The notes: generated from the sequence alone by a model not told the origin. A stretch of 64,000 nucleotides of DNA from Lingula anatina (GCA_051362555.1 CM120643.1:21146848-21210847), one strand, 5' to 3'. Shown: positions 25,212 to 38,863, numbered from the stretch's first letter. Made by a program: numbers and translations.

Positions 25212-26359
25212 TAATCATAATTAACAGTAAAAAGGACAATAATACATAATGTGCTTTCCCCATAAAATCAATTAAAATTGTGTAATATTGTAACATTTGC
25301 TTTCATTCATGTTTACAAGTATTACTATCCATACAACCCTTGCATTACCACCATAACATTCAATATGTGAAATAACAAGGCAGCAAAGCTGTCAAATGTA
25401 CAGACAAAAAACAGAATATAAAGATGCAAAAGAGGTCATTTTGTCAATTTTGATGCAATAATAAATAATGCTTATAATGGCACTGTCAATCAACACTGAA
25501 TTTTAATCATGCACAACAGGTAACATGCTCAATAACAGGAGCAGATCCAGAGGTATTTTCTGACAGTATTCCAAACTATATTTGTTGATCCATCCTACAC
25601 TTTTGATGGTCTTCCAACAGAAAAAAATTGATACCAGTCAATGTAAACTCTAAAATCTGACCGTCATCTGAAAGACCCAGAAGACGGCCTCAATCCACCC
25701 CTGCAATAAGATTATAGGTTCTGGACCATGAGAGTTCAAATTCACATAATGAAAATCCCAATATTTGAAAAATGTTGACAGTGCATAAAATAATGTTACA
25801 TAATGTTTAAAGACATAAAAACCTATGCAACTGCTTATGTGGAAATACAGAAAATCTGAAGAGCTTCAGGTGGATGGGAGTTGAAAATGCCAGTGTTTAG
25901 AAAAAAATTAAAAAGAAAACACAAATAAAAAAAAAATATTCCAGTAAAGCTGCTATTCAAACTTTTAATCTTGCTGTATTAACATGATATGAATAATCCC
26001 AATGTGTTTGAGGATAATAAGGCACTGTTATTCATCTATAGCATTAATGTTGGCATTGCACAAATTTTTTTTCTTTTGTAAACTTATTTGCAATATTAAA
26101 CAACATTTACCTGCATAATTAGCACCAATCCCTAATTATGTGACACAGTTAAGAGAGCTTAACCTATAAGACTTGAATGGGAAATCTCAACGTGTGTTTT
26201 ATGTAATCTTATTTAATGGGCACTTGAAAATCAATTAGGCAAGTAATTTTATAGCTCTGAATTTAGCTAGTGATTATCCCAAGGGACAATGACCACCATC
26301 CATAAACAGTAGCCCCATATAGCACTCCATAGAGCTGCCAAAACAGAAAACAATCACAC

Positions 26360-26990
26360 TGATTTCCAACACAAGCTACACTTCAGTCCTATGAAACTTT
26401 TCAGTAAGTTAGAATATCATAAGTAAAATGGTTTTTCCTTAATGGTCATCCCAACAGCGATGTCCAAAAAAGTTTTTTTTTCATCTTTTATGCAATTTAA
26501 CATAATGGTCAACAGCACAATGGCCATCAATTTTTAATAATAAAGAAAATGTATCATAGCTATTCAAAAGATGTGACTAGCAATGGTATTCAAGCCAATG
26601 GAAGTTCAAAGACTAAGTCACACCTTGAAAATGCCCATATGTGAAAATTTTAATTGTAACAAAAAACTATATAATTTCCAGAAAGTTAACCAATATAACA
26701 GGTTTTCCAACTGAAGCTATAATTTAGTGCTATGCTACATTTCTGTAAGTTTGAGAAGAGTAAGTGACTTGGTTTTCCTTTAATGGTCACTATGGAGGCA
26801 TTGTCTGAAATGGGGTTGTCTTCAATTTTGATGCAATATTACATAATGCTTCACAGCATAATGACCATCAATTTTTAATAATAAAATAAAAGTATCATGG
26901 ATATTCAGAAAATTTGATATGGAAAGGTCTTCAGGGCCATAGAAGTTCAGAGTCACAACTTCAAAATGCCAAAATGTACACAAGAGATAA
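26360..26990. repeat. Diverged ~340-bp tandem duplication
   Basis: tttccaac..aagcta...ccttaatggtca...ccatcaatttttaataataaa...tgaaaatgcc appears twice, from ~26362 and ~26703. Confidence 0.6.
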
Positions 26991-27394
26991 CTGTACTGAA
27001 ATGAATTTCTTTCCACTTTCAACACTTTTTTTACATATATCAAAATAATCAATTTACTGTCGTTTTTAAATGATCAACTAAGAAAGTTGTTGACATTGGA
27101 AAAATATCAATAGAACAATTTTAAATGTCCAATTTGTTCCATTCTGAGATTCTGAACATGGTGAATGATTGAATCTGACAAACTGTAAAGATATGAGTTT
27201 ATTTCCATTTTTGACACTTTATTTCAAAATGCACAATAACAGGTTTACCATCATTTTTATATAATCAACTAACAATATTGTTAAGATGCAGAAAATGTCA
27301 AAAGAACACCTTTACATTACTAATTAGTTCACAAATGAGATTGTTAACATGCCTAAGAATTAAATCCGAGGAAAAAAGACTTATATACAAAAAA

Positions 27395-28268
27395 AGGCAC
27401 AATTTCACCAAAACTGAACCGATCAAGCTTATTTTCGAACCTCATCTGTATTTTAGTAAATCTGATCACCCCTGTGAATTTCAAGACGATTAGCCAATTG
27501 ATTTTCCTTGATATGTGTTATCGGTGTTGCACATATGCTGAAATAGTGAAAAAACAGCATAACTTCCATAAAAATGGCCCGATCAGACTGATTTTCGAAC
27601 TTGACCTGCGTATTATGAATATTCATCATTTCAGTAACTTATAAGCCAAAAGGTAAAACGGTTTTTCACTTATCGTGTTATCGGTGTTGCATTTATGCTG
27701 AAAAAAATGAAAAAATAGAATAACTTCCACAAATATGGCCCGATCATGCTGATTTTCGAACTTGACCTGCGTATTATGAATATTCATCGGTTCTGTAAGT
27801 TTCAAGCCAAAAGGTAAAACGGTTTTTCACTTATCATGTTATCGGTGTTGCATTTATGCTGAAAAAAAATGAAAAAATAGCATAACTTCCACAAATATGG
27901 CTCGATCATGCTGATTTTCGAACTTGACCTGCGTATTATGAATATTCATCAGTTTTGTAAGTTTCAAGCCAAAAAGTAAAATGGTTTTCCACTTATCGTG
28001 TTATCGGTGCTGCATATATGCTGAAAAAAGTGAAAAAACAGCATAACTTCCCTACAAGTGACCCGATCATGCTGATTTTTGAACTTGACCTGCGTATTAT
28101 AAATATGTATCAATTCTGTAAGTTTCAAGCTGAAATGAAAAACAGTTTTCCACTAATCGTGTTATCGGTAAAAGTGCACGGCGACGGCGACGACGGCGAC
28201 AGCGACGGCGACGACAGACGCAGGTGATGGCTATATGTACAGACACATCTGTGTCTGTACATAAAAAA
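27395..28268 (+). repeat. ~161-bp tandem array (5 units) + (GACGGC)-like tract + terminal hairpin; 3' part of a Helentron/HINE-type element
   Basis: Units start near 27399, 27559, 27720, 27881, 28042. Perfect stem tatgtacagacaca-tc-tgtgtctgtacata followed by an A run. A matching aacaag...tgtacagaca at ~25374-25407 may be the 5' end. Confidence 0.75.
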
Positions 28269-28544
28269 AGAAATAATATCATATCAAAATTAGATCAAAT
28301 CAAATCAAATCAAACTGAATTAAAGGTGCATTCACAGAGGAAAGAGATGATACTTATGTAATTTTTTAGCATCATTTTGCAACACACTAGTATTTTAAAG
28401 TGTAAAAGGCTGCAGAAGGAAATGTGAAATCAATCCTGTAGAAAGGACTGAAAGTACCAGATTCATTTTTCAAAGAAAATTTCCTGCCAACAATTGCAAC
28501 CCAGCACCTTTATTAAAACTATAATGAAAGAAGTTTACAGTCAC

Positions 28545-28727
28545 CTCTACAGCCACATCATCTTCCACCTTGAACAGTCTGGAGAAGAAATCCAAACCAA
28601 TGCTGGACTTGGGATCAGCATCAGGGCAGAATGATCCATCTATAAAATTGCGAAATAAGGAACTTTTCCCCACACCAAACTGACCAAGGATAATTATCTT
28701 GAAGCAAGGCACACCCTTTGATGCCAT
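28545..28727 (-). CDS. Atypical Rab-like small GTPase, coding exon 1
   Basis: MASKGVPCFKIIILGQFGVGKSSL (P-loop), SSIGLDF (switch I); donor gag|gtgact, phase 0. Joined protein 217 aa. An upstream acceptor at ~28788 implies a 5' UTR exon near 31.0-31.1 kb. Confidence 0.9.
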
Positions 28728-31089
28728 GGCTCTTCACAATATGTAGTCCTGGTTCCTAGCTTGGAAACTTCTTGGCGGTTCAGTTTTCTGTAATAGTAAA
28801 TGTGAATAATCTTAAATATTCCAAGTAAAAAAAGAAAAGGAAAAAAAGCCAAATACACTAAGCAAAAATATAAATACCCTTGGGTGAATTATTTATGTAA
28901 CATGTCATGGGCTATGGATAGTAATCTGTAGCTACAGACAGTGCAGCCAGCTATCTGTACATTGTAAAAACAATCACTTAGTATGATTTAATATAATATA
29001 AAATATAACCCATAAATTAAGGCTAATAAATTTTTAAGCACTGTGTGGAGATTTTTTTTATTTTTTCTCAGTGTTCATGAAAAGTGTACATCTACATTGG
29101 CTAGTACATGTAGCTCCTGGCTCTATGTACTAGTACACCCCAGTACACAGAACACCTCAGATTCCTTACTTTGAAAAATGTCATCTATCATCAATGTTCA
29201 GAATCAGAGTTCATCTCCTTCATTAAGTTGAGCTTAAAAGCAAACACCATGCAGTGCATCCGTACCACTATTTTAATAGCCATTTACCATGAGAAATTTT
29301 TAGTTTAGATCTTGACATTACTATACTCATTACTAATTTTCCCTTTTTAAATACATTCTGTCAACTTACTATTTAAGTTTCTTTTAAAATCAAGACACAT
29401 TTTGACTTTTGTACCCTTTCTGAGAAGATAAATCTCTTTTTTCATTCAATAGAAATCAACAGGGCCTACTACCTTCTGAGAGAAGACACCAGATAATGTA
29501 CACAGATAAGATAGGTAAGGGATTGTCATAATATCAGTCAGTCCAAAGTGTAAGAATAATTTATCATAAGTTTATCTATAAATCTGAATAATGGAAAGTT
29601 CCTGATTCAAAATCAAAATTCAAGTTTAGGTACTACAGGCACTGGAAGTGCAATAATACTGGTGATACAAACAAAACCAATGCTTGACACTATGGCGTCC
29701 CATTTCCAATTCAATGATGCATGTAATGATACTGGTAAAGTATCACACCTGTGTTAAACAAATGTGTAACTGAACATATGTCACTAAAATTGAATGTGCT
29801 ATGAACTGATAACTTTTCTCCGTCTTAAAGCATACATGTAGATCAGCTTTTTGTTGTGTCCATTAAGAATTGTGCATTATTTTGTAACTGAAGCTGCCAA
29901 GTCATTTTTAGCTGGAGGTACATGGGAGTAAAGCTGTGAGCATGAAGCAGAAGTGGATTTTCCAACACTATGGTCAGATAATACTTTTTTCTTTTGGCAT
30001 TTTGAGCTGAGAATACTTGTAGAAATATGGGATATTTGACATGAAAATGTGTTTTGAAGCTTGAAGGTACAAAATTGTGCTTATTTTCAGTCAACTTGTT
30101 TTCGAATAACTTGCTGCATTAACTAACAATGCAACAAAGAATGTCAAGAACCAAATCCTCCCAAGACTAAAATTGTTGGCATGGGCAGTTTTTTGTATTT
30201 ATGTAATCTGATATGCCAATATCTAATTATTGTTTGGTGTTTTATGGTATGTGTTGCAATTATAACAATGTTTAAAAGCCCTTTAATAAACTTAGAAAAC
30301 CAGGAAAGGGAACGCAACTAACAACTACAGGTAGATCACATCAAACCATTACTGTTGTGCAATTATTCATCTTTTTTTTTTTTTTTTTCAATATTGTGAC
30401 AAGTGTTTAGATGGTTTATTTTCAGGGATCTTGATGGAACACACCAGTTACAAGTGCTGCACAATTATCAAATTATACCCTCTACCAGGGTCACAGATTG
30501 ATTTTTTCTACAGATACTCACAGAAATGTCTCTGGCTTTTTTAGCAAATATACCTAATTTGGCAAATCCGCTCATTGTTAAGAAATTGGGGAGAAAAATA
30601 TAACTAGACAAACACATACCCCAGTAAATAACAGTAAAAATATAAATAATTTTCAAATTAACAAAAGTGCTACAACATGTGCAATTTAAGTATGTTTTTT
30701 AGCTACTGGTACATGTAACTACCTGTTAAATATAGTACACTGTGCAGCATAATCAAACTGAAGAACAATTATAATATATCCTAAAGAAAATCAGTACAAA
30801 ACACTGGTTGCTACAATGAGCCCATACACTGTACTGTACATGTACTGTACTGCCTGGTACATGTAACAAACTAACAGCAACAACATCGATCACAGTAATT
30901 CATGGACAATGTTAAGCTCTTGTACATGATGTACTGTACATGTACACTATTACCTGACAGTGTATATAAACAACAAGTTGAAATACTTACGTACGTCCTA
31001 CGTGAAAATATTCCTTCAAATATACTAGAACAGCGACCTTCTGTGTTCACCTGAGTCTTACTTCCCCCTTTCCGTTTCATATTCTCTTG

Positions 31090-31401
<312 letters not shown>

Positions 31402-31630
31402 TGAGTACAAATGATGCTTCTAGTCAGTCGTAATCTCGTAGTGAAACTAAGCCGGATGCAAATCTCCATTCAGATCTCTACTCAATACTCATTCCAAGGC
31501 ATTTCAACTTAAGTTGAGCGGTGTCTGAAGAAAAGCCTATCATGATGCCTTATTTATGTTTGGTTAAAAAAAAACTAAGTGAAATTAATTAATAATTGTA
31601 GCGATTTGGGGCGAGTGGAGAAAAATCACC

Positions 31631-31703
31631 AGCCAGACCAGGAATCGAACCCGGGACCCCTCGCTTACAGGGCGAGTGCTCTTACCTACTGAGCTACCCG
31701 GCC
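31631..31703 (-). tRNA. tRNA-Thr(TGT)-like sequence, probably a tRNA-derived repeat or pseudogene
   Basis: GGCCGGGTAGCTCAGTAGGTAAGAGCACTCGCCCTGTAAGCGAGGGGTCCCGGGTTCGATTCCTGGTCTGGCT folds as a cloverleaf with intact A/B boxes and a T6 run just downstream. It has C33 instead of U33 and three G-U pairs in the acceptor stem. Confidence 0.6.
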
Positions 31704-31875
31704 GGTTCTACCTGCCCCTGGCACTACGCTGTCACATAGTGGTGCGTCATGCACATTATGTAATATTATCCAATTAGAATAAAGCGCGGCTGTGTGCTGC
31801 AGTTGAGTAATTATTACAACGTGTTGTCTGGTGTGCGCTCCTCCGCTCATAACATTACATGGTGTCAGAAGTGGG

Positions 31876-33281
31876 ATGAATGACTTTAAGCCCCCACCAA
31901 AGTTCTCTTTTGATGGCGATGTTAGCCAGAATTGGAGGGAATGGAAACAAATGTTCCAACTTTTTCTGGTAGCCAAAGAAGCAGTGGAGAAAACAGACGC
32001 CACAAAAATCGCCATGCTACTCACGTGCATGGGACCGGAGGGAGTAAAACGTTTCAACCAGTTTAACTGGAACGAAGCAGGTGATAAAGAGAGTTACGAG
32101 AGAGTCTTAGATAAATTTGACACTGAACTGTGCGGTGAGAAGAGGATCGTTTTTAATAGATTCAGCTTTTGGAACTTAAAGCGAGACTCTATGCCTTTTG
32201 ACGAATACCTGGTAAAGGTCAAGGCCATTGCGGCAAAGTGTGATTTTGCTGAGACCGACAACATGGTAAGGGACAAAATAGTGTTTACACAGGACAAAAG
32301 GCTGCAGGAAAGACTCTTAAGGGAGAAAAATTTGGACCTCGAGAAAACTATAGACATTTGCCGGGCGGCGGAGATCACAAAGCAGGAAGTTGACTCTATG
32401 TCTGGGCTCGCACGTGGTGCCGCAGCTGCAACTTCCAGTGTATCCATGATACAGAAGGGTAAGAGACAACCCTCAACGAAGTTTTCTCAGAAGAAAGATA
32501 ATCGACACACCAAGTTATGCACACGTTGTAAGAGAATCCATGGTCCAAATCTGCACACAGACTGCCCTGCATGGGGACGGACATGTTACAGGTGTAAAGG
32601 TAACAACCACTTCAAAAGTTGTTGTAGAGCTACTGTAAATGTCCATGAACTGAGTAATGATGATAACAGTGCAGTTCAACACAGTGATGAGTGTTTTATG
32701 GGAACAATAGAGCTGAGTATAGGCAGTGTGTCCAGGAATGAAGATCAGCGTGCATGGTTTGAAAATGTAAAGGTAGCTGACTCTCATATTAGAATGAAGA
32801 TAGACACAGGTGCAGAAACCAGCTCCATACCCCAGAAAATATGGAGAAAGATAGCAGGTAGACCCAAACTAGAACAATCTCATACCATACTTAAAGCGTT
32901 TGGTGGTGCAGCGATAGAGCACATTGGCAGAGCAAAAGTAGATATGAGCATGTCAAATGGACGTAAAACCATTGGAGAAGTGTTTGTTACAAAACAAAAA
33001 ACAGTGCCAGTGCTGGGACTGCAAGCTTGTATTGCTCTAGGTCTTGTTTCAGTGGAGAAACAAAGGAATCTTGATTCAGTAACTGCTTCAATTACAAAAG
33101 ATTCAATAGAAAAGGGATCTTATAAAAGTGCATTCACAGGCCTGGGAAAGTTCCCTGGGCAGTATCACATCTCATTGAAGCAGGGTGCCAAGGGTCACAT
33201 TGCTCCTACACACAGAGTTCCACAGAAGTTGATGGCCCCATTGAGAAATAAACTTGAAGAAATGGAGAGACAAGGAGTTAT
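31876..33281 (+). pseudogene. Gypsy gag-protease-RT N-terminus, interrupted by DNA transposon
   Basis: Zn knuckles CTRCKRIH..C and CYRCKGNNH..C; protease IDTGAETS; frame resumes at 40166 (GV/IEKVDHPTDFIS). Confidence 0.92.
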
Positions 33282-34594
33282 GGGCATTTTTACAATCCTG
33301 GGCACTTTTCAGATTTTCCCACATATTGCTAATTAACAAATTACATACATATGATCAAAGAATTCTTTTTTCACTATGTTGGAGAATGGTGTAAGTGAAG
33401 ATAAACACTGAAAATAGAAATCAAATATCACCACCGAGTACAAAGTTATGCTAAAGCAAAGCCCGAAAAATGACCAAAATTTTTTCCCGTTTCAGTCATA
33501 TGAAATAAAAAGCAATCTGAAATAAATTAAACCAGTCTTTGACATTGCATTTTTTTGGATTATAAAACACTCAGTAGTATGGTGGAAGCAAAAAAATTTA
33601 AATATTAACAGGAGAGAGGTGTATCCTAGAAAAAAAAGTCTTTTAATGGCATGCTGGTATTTCCGTTAAACAATATGTCCATTCCGAAACAAAAATAAAT
33701 TACTTTCAGAAAATATATCATAAAACATACAGTATAATTAACCATCCTAATCATTATTTGGATGTATTGGTATTGTTTGTATCAAATAATGAAATCTGCC
33801 CAATGATTCTGGAGCTTGACATGGAGTGCAAAATAACTCTACCGTGTTTTTCCGTTAAATTTGTCCATTCCGAAACATTGGCTTTTTCTTACATAAAAAG
33901 AACATGTTGACACCTAGCCTGTAACAATATATATTTCTCTAAAGCCCAGGACATTTGATATTTATTTTTATATAATAAAACCCCAGTGCACAGAAACCCA
34001 TTTAACGGTGCCCTTTTTTGAGATGCTTGTTAAAAATTGTCCATTCCGAAACAAAGTACCTTTACATTGCCAATATTATAAATAGAGAGAATTCTGTCTT
34101 AAATGCTGTATGTTTCACTTGACATGAGCAAATTACTGTTAGAGCATCATGCATATGACATAAAAATAATAGAAGAACATTTCTTCAATGGCATCTTTTT
34201 AAATTTCTATATATATCCTCAACAAAAAAATTGATTTTTGCGAGTCAGCATCTTTTCTTTGGATCTACTAGAACTTCCATTGCATATTTTCCCAAAGTTC
34301 ATGTATTTCAAAGTTAAATTAACAATTAATTGAAGAGATTATATCAGTATAAATAGAAATAAAGGCAATTTGGATGCTTTGTATCGGAAAGGACATTTTT
34401 TAACACATTAAAACACTTGTTTACTCTTTGGTCTGCTCATCTATTTATTATTCATGAGGAAGATGATGATGGGAAGCACATCAAATTTATGTTGAATATA
34501 ATTTTGAAGAATATAGCTTACCTTACTTTAAATATTGCTTACTTATGATGTACATAAAAGTATTCGAAAATAGTTATGAGGCTACACATGTTAA

Positions 34595-37500
34595 GAGCGC
34601 GTCCATGAGAAAGCCAGACAGATCGGTCAGAAGGCGGCAAGGTGGGGGTCAGCAGATTTTAATAATTTTTGGTGTGGTAAACCATCAACATAAAAGATAT
34701 TGTGAGCCACTGGCTTTCCTATTTTGGATCATTAGTTTTAGAGATATGGGGGCAGATCTTTTATTGGCAATTTTGCCAAAATATAGCATTTTTTAGCTCT
34801 TGAAAAGTTATAATTTTTAATATTCTTTTAAAAAATCATGTACATTATAAGGAATTATTTAGGTTGGCCACATAATAGGTTAAGGAAAGACCTTTAATAT
34901 CCAGTACAGATTTTTTGAAAAGGCACTGTCATGACTACACAAGGTTGATTCTAATAAGGCATGTTTTCCGTATGCTTGACCCCCTCCCCTTCTTTAAATG
35001 CACACAACTTCTTTTTTGCAGGTTGTATCCATATAATTTTGGTATGTGCTGATAGAAAAGGGTTGAAAAATAAATTTTGTAAAATAAAATCTGTGTTAAA
35101 CCTTGTAAAATAAGAACTATAACAATTTTAAAAAGGGCCTAAAAACGAATATTTTTATACTACTTAAATGCTTAACTGTTTCTTCAACTAAATTAATAAG
35201 TCAAAACCATGTATAGGTTTGTGAAAAGCCCTTAAAATAATTATGTGTGCCTTGCAGACGAACTTATGAAGCTTAAATACATTTTTTAAATTTGTTTATG
35301 CTATAGAAACTAAATGTAAAATAACGATGCTAACTCTGTAACCTATTTTCAACATGGCGGGTACTAGGATTATCACCAGGGGGTGGAAACGCGCTACTTA
35401 TATGATTAAGACGAGCCTGGCCGTCAGTACCGGATATTGTTTTGTGACCTTGAGGAGCAATTAGATTTGGTCGTTGCGGCACGCATGAACAGTGGTTGAA
35501 CTACCACACCTGGGTCTTTTGTTTTTGACTACTGTTCACTCGTCATCGAGGCGCTTGTTCAAGACTACCGGCTGATATCTACTAGTACTACCAGTGGCTT
35601 CATTAGTAACGTTCCCACAATACTTAGTTTTCTGTCTGTGCGTACATACCCTGAAAAAAGCCAGCCTCGCTGACGAGAACAATGGACGTTTCTCACCCCT
35701 CTCTAGGATTACCCCTGTTATCACCTGAGCAACTGTGGAGCAAAGCCCGTCGTCTTCACAGTGTTAAAACATAATACTTTCTTAAATTTATGAAGAACAC
35801 GCACTAGAGATGCTTGGGTACATCTCAGAAGGATTGGTGTGCACCAGAATATAACAAGAAATGACCATAGCAGCTGGTCATCCTTAGAATTTGCATTTTT
35901 GGTTGAACCACTTTAGACTGTTGTCAGGCTTGGGTTCCTCAATATATCCATCTCATCGATTTAGCTCTGGATGTTTGTTGTAAGGTAAGTGATTAGTGGT
36001 GGCAAACATATACTAGAATCAGATACACTAAAAACTCAAACCAGTTTAAATGATAAGTTTGAATATAATTCAGTAATATAAAGAATATTAAGCAAATTTA
36101 AAAGACGTACTGGTATATTTCAATTCACAGAATTTTACTTGATTTCTGTTTCATGGTAAACATGTATGCTGAAAAGAATTAACTGTGTATCTAACTTATG
36201 AAGTATATTTTTGCTTTAAATTCTAGGGTTTTGTTACATGTGTTATCATAAGGACTATACTGAGCTTGAAGACAGCTTCATTAGAAATTTTTTACCCAGA
36301 ATCAAAGGTATGTAACACAAATTCAGTTTCAAGTTTTGGCAATTTAGGGGATGTTACTTGTGCCAGTTTTTTATATTTTAGTTTTATATTCACTATGCAG
36401 ATTTATGTGTGTTTACAATGAAGTTGAAGTTAACCGCCTAGCTTTATGTGACTTTGTAACACAGTGTGCTTCAATTTCAAGACTTACATATTACACAGGA
36501 CACTTGTAACTAAAGGTACTTTAGTAACATCAGGAAAACTTTGCAGTCCATTATGTTGTTCATGTTGCTTTGCTGAGATAGATTGATCCTGCTTCAATAG
36601 TTTCTATTCTGAACACAGTAAGCCTCTGTTGTTGTAAAGCATTTATTGATGTAATGTTTATTTTTCAGATTTTACATTCTAGGCCTGTATGTGAACCTTG
36701 ACCTGGACAATCTTACAGACAATAATAGAAAAGTCACCTGTAATTGCACAGGCAAATTCATCAGATTCAGATGTGAGCACCAACTTTGTAATGCCTGGAA
36801 TGCTTCCACGGAGAAGAAAAAAGGTTTACATTTTTTTCATTTGTTTCTTTTTCTATCATGAAATTCTGGTAGCTACAATCATGCATATTCGATTTCCTTT
36901 TTTATACTTATGCAATATGTTTGATCAGAATATTATTTATTAATTGTTCTTATACAGCAATTAACATGAGTTTAAAATATGTTTAATACATTTTCTTTTG
37001 ACAGCCTGTCCTGCCATCTTCAGGTAGACGCAGTAGTGGATATCCTGGCAAACCTCTATTGGACTTAGAGCCACCTTGGGTCAATCCCCCATAACAAATG
37101 TGCATCTTAGGCTTGGCAATCTCAATCAGTTTTGTAGGAAATGAGGATTGGCGCCATTGAATTGACAAATATTGACAATTGACAGTTCAGTCACACTAAA
37201 CTATAGTGGCATGTTGCTTCAAGTTACCACACTTATTCTAAGATTGCTGAATTATCATTACTGTAGGAGACCCTGGATCTCTCAACCAGAAGAAGAAACT
37301 TGGGGATCAATCAGTTATAAGATTAAAATCTGTGGAACACTACCCATCACTGTTGTGTTCAGTATATGGAAAAGATGACCGTGATAATGGAACCTTGGAG
37401 ATTCATAACTTGATTTCACTCCTGTAAAAAGTAACTACTTTGTTCTTTTACTGTCCAATTAATAATATGAAAATAAAGTACTCCTCCAATCAATGTATGT

Positions 37501-38679
37501 TGCTGACTATGTTTTAATTTTCTTTATAGAAAAAGAATATAGATATCAAGATATCACATGTATTTACAAAGCCTATGAATCATTTGAAAGGAAAAAGAAT
37601 GGTTGAAAAATGCAAGATAAATCATTTCTAGTGGATTAATTAGTATTGCACTTGAGAAAACTGATAAAATGAGACAGTCATTCCCTTTTACCTTTAGAAA
37701 AATCATTTGTAAATTTTTTTCTCTATTGCTCCCTGAAAATAAGGTATATACACAATGCTGATGACACTGGATATGCACAGTAATAACTTATTAAATGGGG
37801 GTGGGGGGGGGGGGGGTGAATAACTTGTCACTAGTAATTTAAATTTATTCAGAAGTTGTATGGCTCTGTTTGAAAAGAATATTATTTGAGCAATCCTGTA
37901 TTACAGATCTCAAAATAAAAAACCTGCAAAAATGGGCCTCTTGATTATTTTGAGGGATTAGGGTAACTGTATTTTGGGACATATTTGATGGCAGCCATTT
38001 TGTATTTATAAAAATTGGATAGATTTGCCCTTATCAAAGCATAGTTTGAATTCCTGGCTGTGAGTCTTTGATTAAATTTGATTATTGGAAGGAATTATCT
38101 CAAAATGTACTGATATCTTGATTTCGGCCGTTTGGTTTTCTGCTAAAATTGCTAAAGTTTGAGGCACTTTTTCAATATCCTCTGTTGTGTTTAACACACT
38201 TTTTGAAATTTGTATGATGAGACCAATATATGCTTAGGATCCCTATAAAATTTTATGGCTGTCAAGCCTGCAAAAAGAGAGATATGAATGCTTGAACATT
38301 GCTTGGTAGAAAAGTGAGTTTGGGGGGTGGGGTCATAAAAATGGGCGTGGCTCGTTAGTTTGTGGGTTAAACTGAAATTTAGTAACATATTCTCAATGGC
38401 AAATGGCTGGTTTAAATAGGTAAATTTTCAATTAATTTTAAAAAGTCATCAGTTTTGACATGTTTGCTTATGAAATGGCTTTATTGACCGAAGCTGAAAA
38501 TCAAGCCAAAAATGGCCAAAACATATAATATCATATTATAATTATATCCAATGATTTCTTTTGGGATTGTTGCCTTCAATCTTAATATCTCCTATATATG
38601 CAACAATATTATGAAATTGGTTGAAATCTGTTGACCCCCACCTTGCCACCCTCTGACTGGTCCTATCATGGACACACAC
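34595..38679. mobile_element. Second TIR element nested inside the first (TTAA TSD, GAG-type end; Sola3-like)
   Basis: ttaa|gagcgcgtccatga...ggcaaggtgggggtcagcagattt versus aaatctgttgacccccaccttgcc...tcatggacacacac|ttaa; imperfect inverted ends of ~90 bp or more. Confidence 0.65.
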
Positions 38680-38785
38680 TTAAAGTTGCGAGAGTCAGTT
38701 CACTGGCACGGTTTACAGAGGCGCTTGCAGGCAGGTTATAATTAACTTCCTGTGATTATTTATAATATATACTGTACATACATCA

Positions 38786-38787
<2 letters not shown>

Positions 38788-38861
<74 letters not shown>
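38788..38861. repeat. (TA)n microsatellite
   Basis: Direct observation. Confidence 0.95.

Positions 38862-38863
<2 letters not shown>

Noticed and set aside
31631-31703. Functional tRNA-Thr gene
   Set aside because: C33 and three G-U acceptor pairs favour a derived repeat; not fully excluded without tRNAscan-SE.
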